A stretch of 64,000 nucleotides of DNA. It comes from Convolutriloba macropyga. Taxonomy: Eukaryota. Where the stretch lies: contig NC_134479.1 of the NCBI RefSeq assembly GCF_964194025.1, forward strand, positions 42,966,001 to 43,030,000, written 5' to 3'. Below, in pieces: positions 62,270 to 64,000 of this stretch (within the stretch, counting starts at the first letter, position 1; the number at the start of each line of letters is the position of its first letter). A program made the translations under genes and the position numbers. The notes under the pieces are model-generated. The model was not told where the DNA came from. It saw only the letters and a list, made by a program, of their open reading frames with translations, and did no database searches.

Positions 62270-64000
62270 CTGAAAGAAAATTCTAATCTAGAAAAACTGT
62301 AGAAATTATGACATGCTCTATTTAGCAATGCTCACATATCTGCAAATTTTCTTCTTTCAAATCCGTCCAAAACGTTCATGACAAAGATATACTAGCGTCG
62401 GATGAATTGCTCTCGAACGACAGGCGGGGGCAATTTAATTAATAGGGATGAAAAACGCCCCCACATTTTCGAAACCCGGACTTCCAGGCACTGCTTCTTG
62501 CGATAAGAGGACAAGATAAGAGACAAGTGATAAGAGAACAAAATGAACAAAAAAAGGACAAAAGTTCAATATGAATTTGATGCATAAGTTAGATTCCGCT
62601 ATGCCACATTAGCAGCCGATCAGAGATATGAAACAGATTTGATACTTTATAACGTCAACAAATGTCAGAAACATAACAAATGTCAGGATAACAAATCAAA
62701 TTGCCGCAAGTGCAAAGAATCCATATCAAAGACAGAACATTCCACTCGTTTTTTACTATATCTTTATTACTACTCTGGCTTGACTAAACTTGCCACCTTA
62801 CTTATCGTTGACATCAAATACTCAAAGAGTGAACCAATCTTAAAAAAGAATTACAATGCAAACCCTTTGCATTAAACAGAGCAGTCCTGGACAACAATTC
62901 CAAGTGCTTTCATTGAAAAAAAAAATCTCATAACAACGAAATTAAAAATTGAAGTCAAATCGCCGGATGTGTACAAAAAACCACTAGCGAGAAGAAATTT
63001 TTTGTTCAAACACCATTTCCTTTTACACAGCAAAATTACCCACTTTTTGCTCTACTTCCTGTTTCGGCGTAACCGAAATCACAGCTGGACGAACTCCGGA
63101 ATCAACATGAGTTCGTATCCACTGAAACACCTAGCCATTAAAATAACTAGTATCTACTAGCACAATGCATAAAAGCAGGGATAGTAACAAGTCAAATAAA
63201 CAAAATGGCTAAATTAACCTAAAAATTAAATTACTTTCGTATAGTACAGCTACTCATACAAATAAAAACATTGTTTCATGCAATGGAGACTAAATTTGCT
63301 CATACAATATTATGCAAGACTTATTAAGCTAACATCGTTTTGAAAAAAGGAGAAAACAAGGAAGGGAGAAAAATTGTCCGATTTATTTTGATGGCATTTC
63401 GTAGTTGAACATACTTGTGTTTCTTAGAGAGAGGCTAAAGGGGCTACTATCAATACCAATAAGCATTAGAGATGGTAACTAAGACTTATAGGAACGACGT
63501 TCAATTAGCGGGCATCTAAAATTGGGCTTTATGGGTTTATCCCGTTTCTATTTCTGACTTCAATTTTTTATACTGATTCTGTTCATTTTGAATTGCTTTG
63601 CTGAGCAACTGATGTTCTAATTTACTTTAAGCAGAATGAGAGAAGAGAGAAACTAGCCACGAGAAGTCAAAAAGATTTCACGCAAAATGTCGAAAAAGCG
63701 GCAAAATGGTAAAGCGAAAAAAAGTTCGACGAGGTAAAAAAATTAGGAGCGCTATAATAGCCGGCTGAGAAGATGAGGGCGGCTATTAATCATTACATTA
63801 GGGTTATGGCCAGTTTGTAATAATGCGTCGGTTTAAAATCGCTCTGAATAAATTTGAGCTGGTACCCTCCTTGCGTCCTCACAGAGTTACGTCGAATCCT
63901 CACATCGGGACCCGATAAAAAATTGATCCGTTAACTCTATGAGCGGACCACTAATTGGGAACGCAGTTTAGCAACTTGACCAGGAAATTTTGTTTCGATG
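61007..64000. repeat. Near-identical direct duplication: 61007-61631 repeated at 63376-64000 (offset 2369 bp, runs off the window)
   Basis: Only two adjacent mismatches noticed (aatcaggc versus aattgggc); includes sequence not otherwise repeated in the window (61420-61631). Confidence 0.93.

Overview
AT-rich, repeat-dense eukaryotic DNA, apparently from an invertebrate animal, with one 200-N scaffold gap. All genes I can support are spliced and on the minus strand: (1) a 3-exon, ~822-aa protein with a long low-complexity N-terminus and a MATH/TRAF-like domain (2665-6612); (2) the 5' four exons of TMCO3, a CPA2-family cation/H+ antiporter whose 3' half is not found past the gap (14529-22014); (3) a complete 7-exon eIF2-alpha gene (25600-43144); (4) a CHFR-like C3HC4 RING gene with no FHA domain (47528-54210); (5) 3' exons of an unidentified gene (59050-62269). 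Introns and intergenic DNA are dominated by Helentron-type non-autonomous elements (HINE/DINE-1-like). These range from ~40-bp micro-elements stacked in A-tracts to kb-sized copies carrying G-rich tracts, a ~170-bp alternating satellite, or a tRNA-like cassette. Also present are MULE-type foldback elements with 9-bp TSDs, TA-flanked MITEs, LINE and MULE fossils, and recent local duplications. The most notable observations are an eIF2-alpha that keeps Ser51 but has S48G, L84C and V89A equivalents, and the co-oriented micro-Helentron stacks. No prokaryotic-type system (CRISPR, operon, defence island) is supported. Splice models were read by eye and protein family calls rest on recalled sequences, not database searches.
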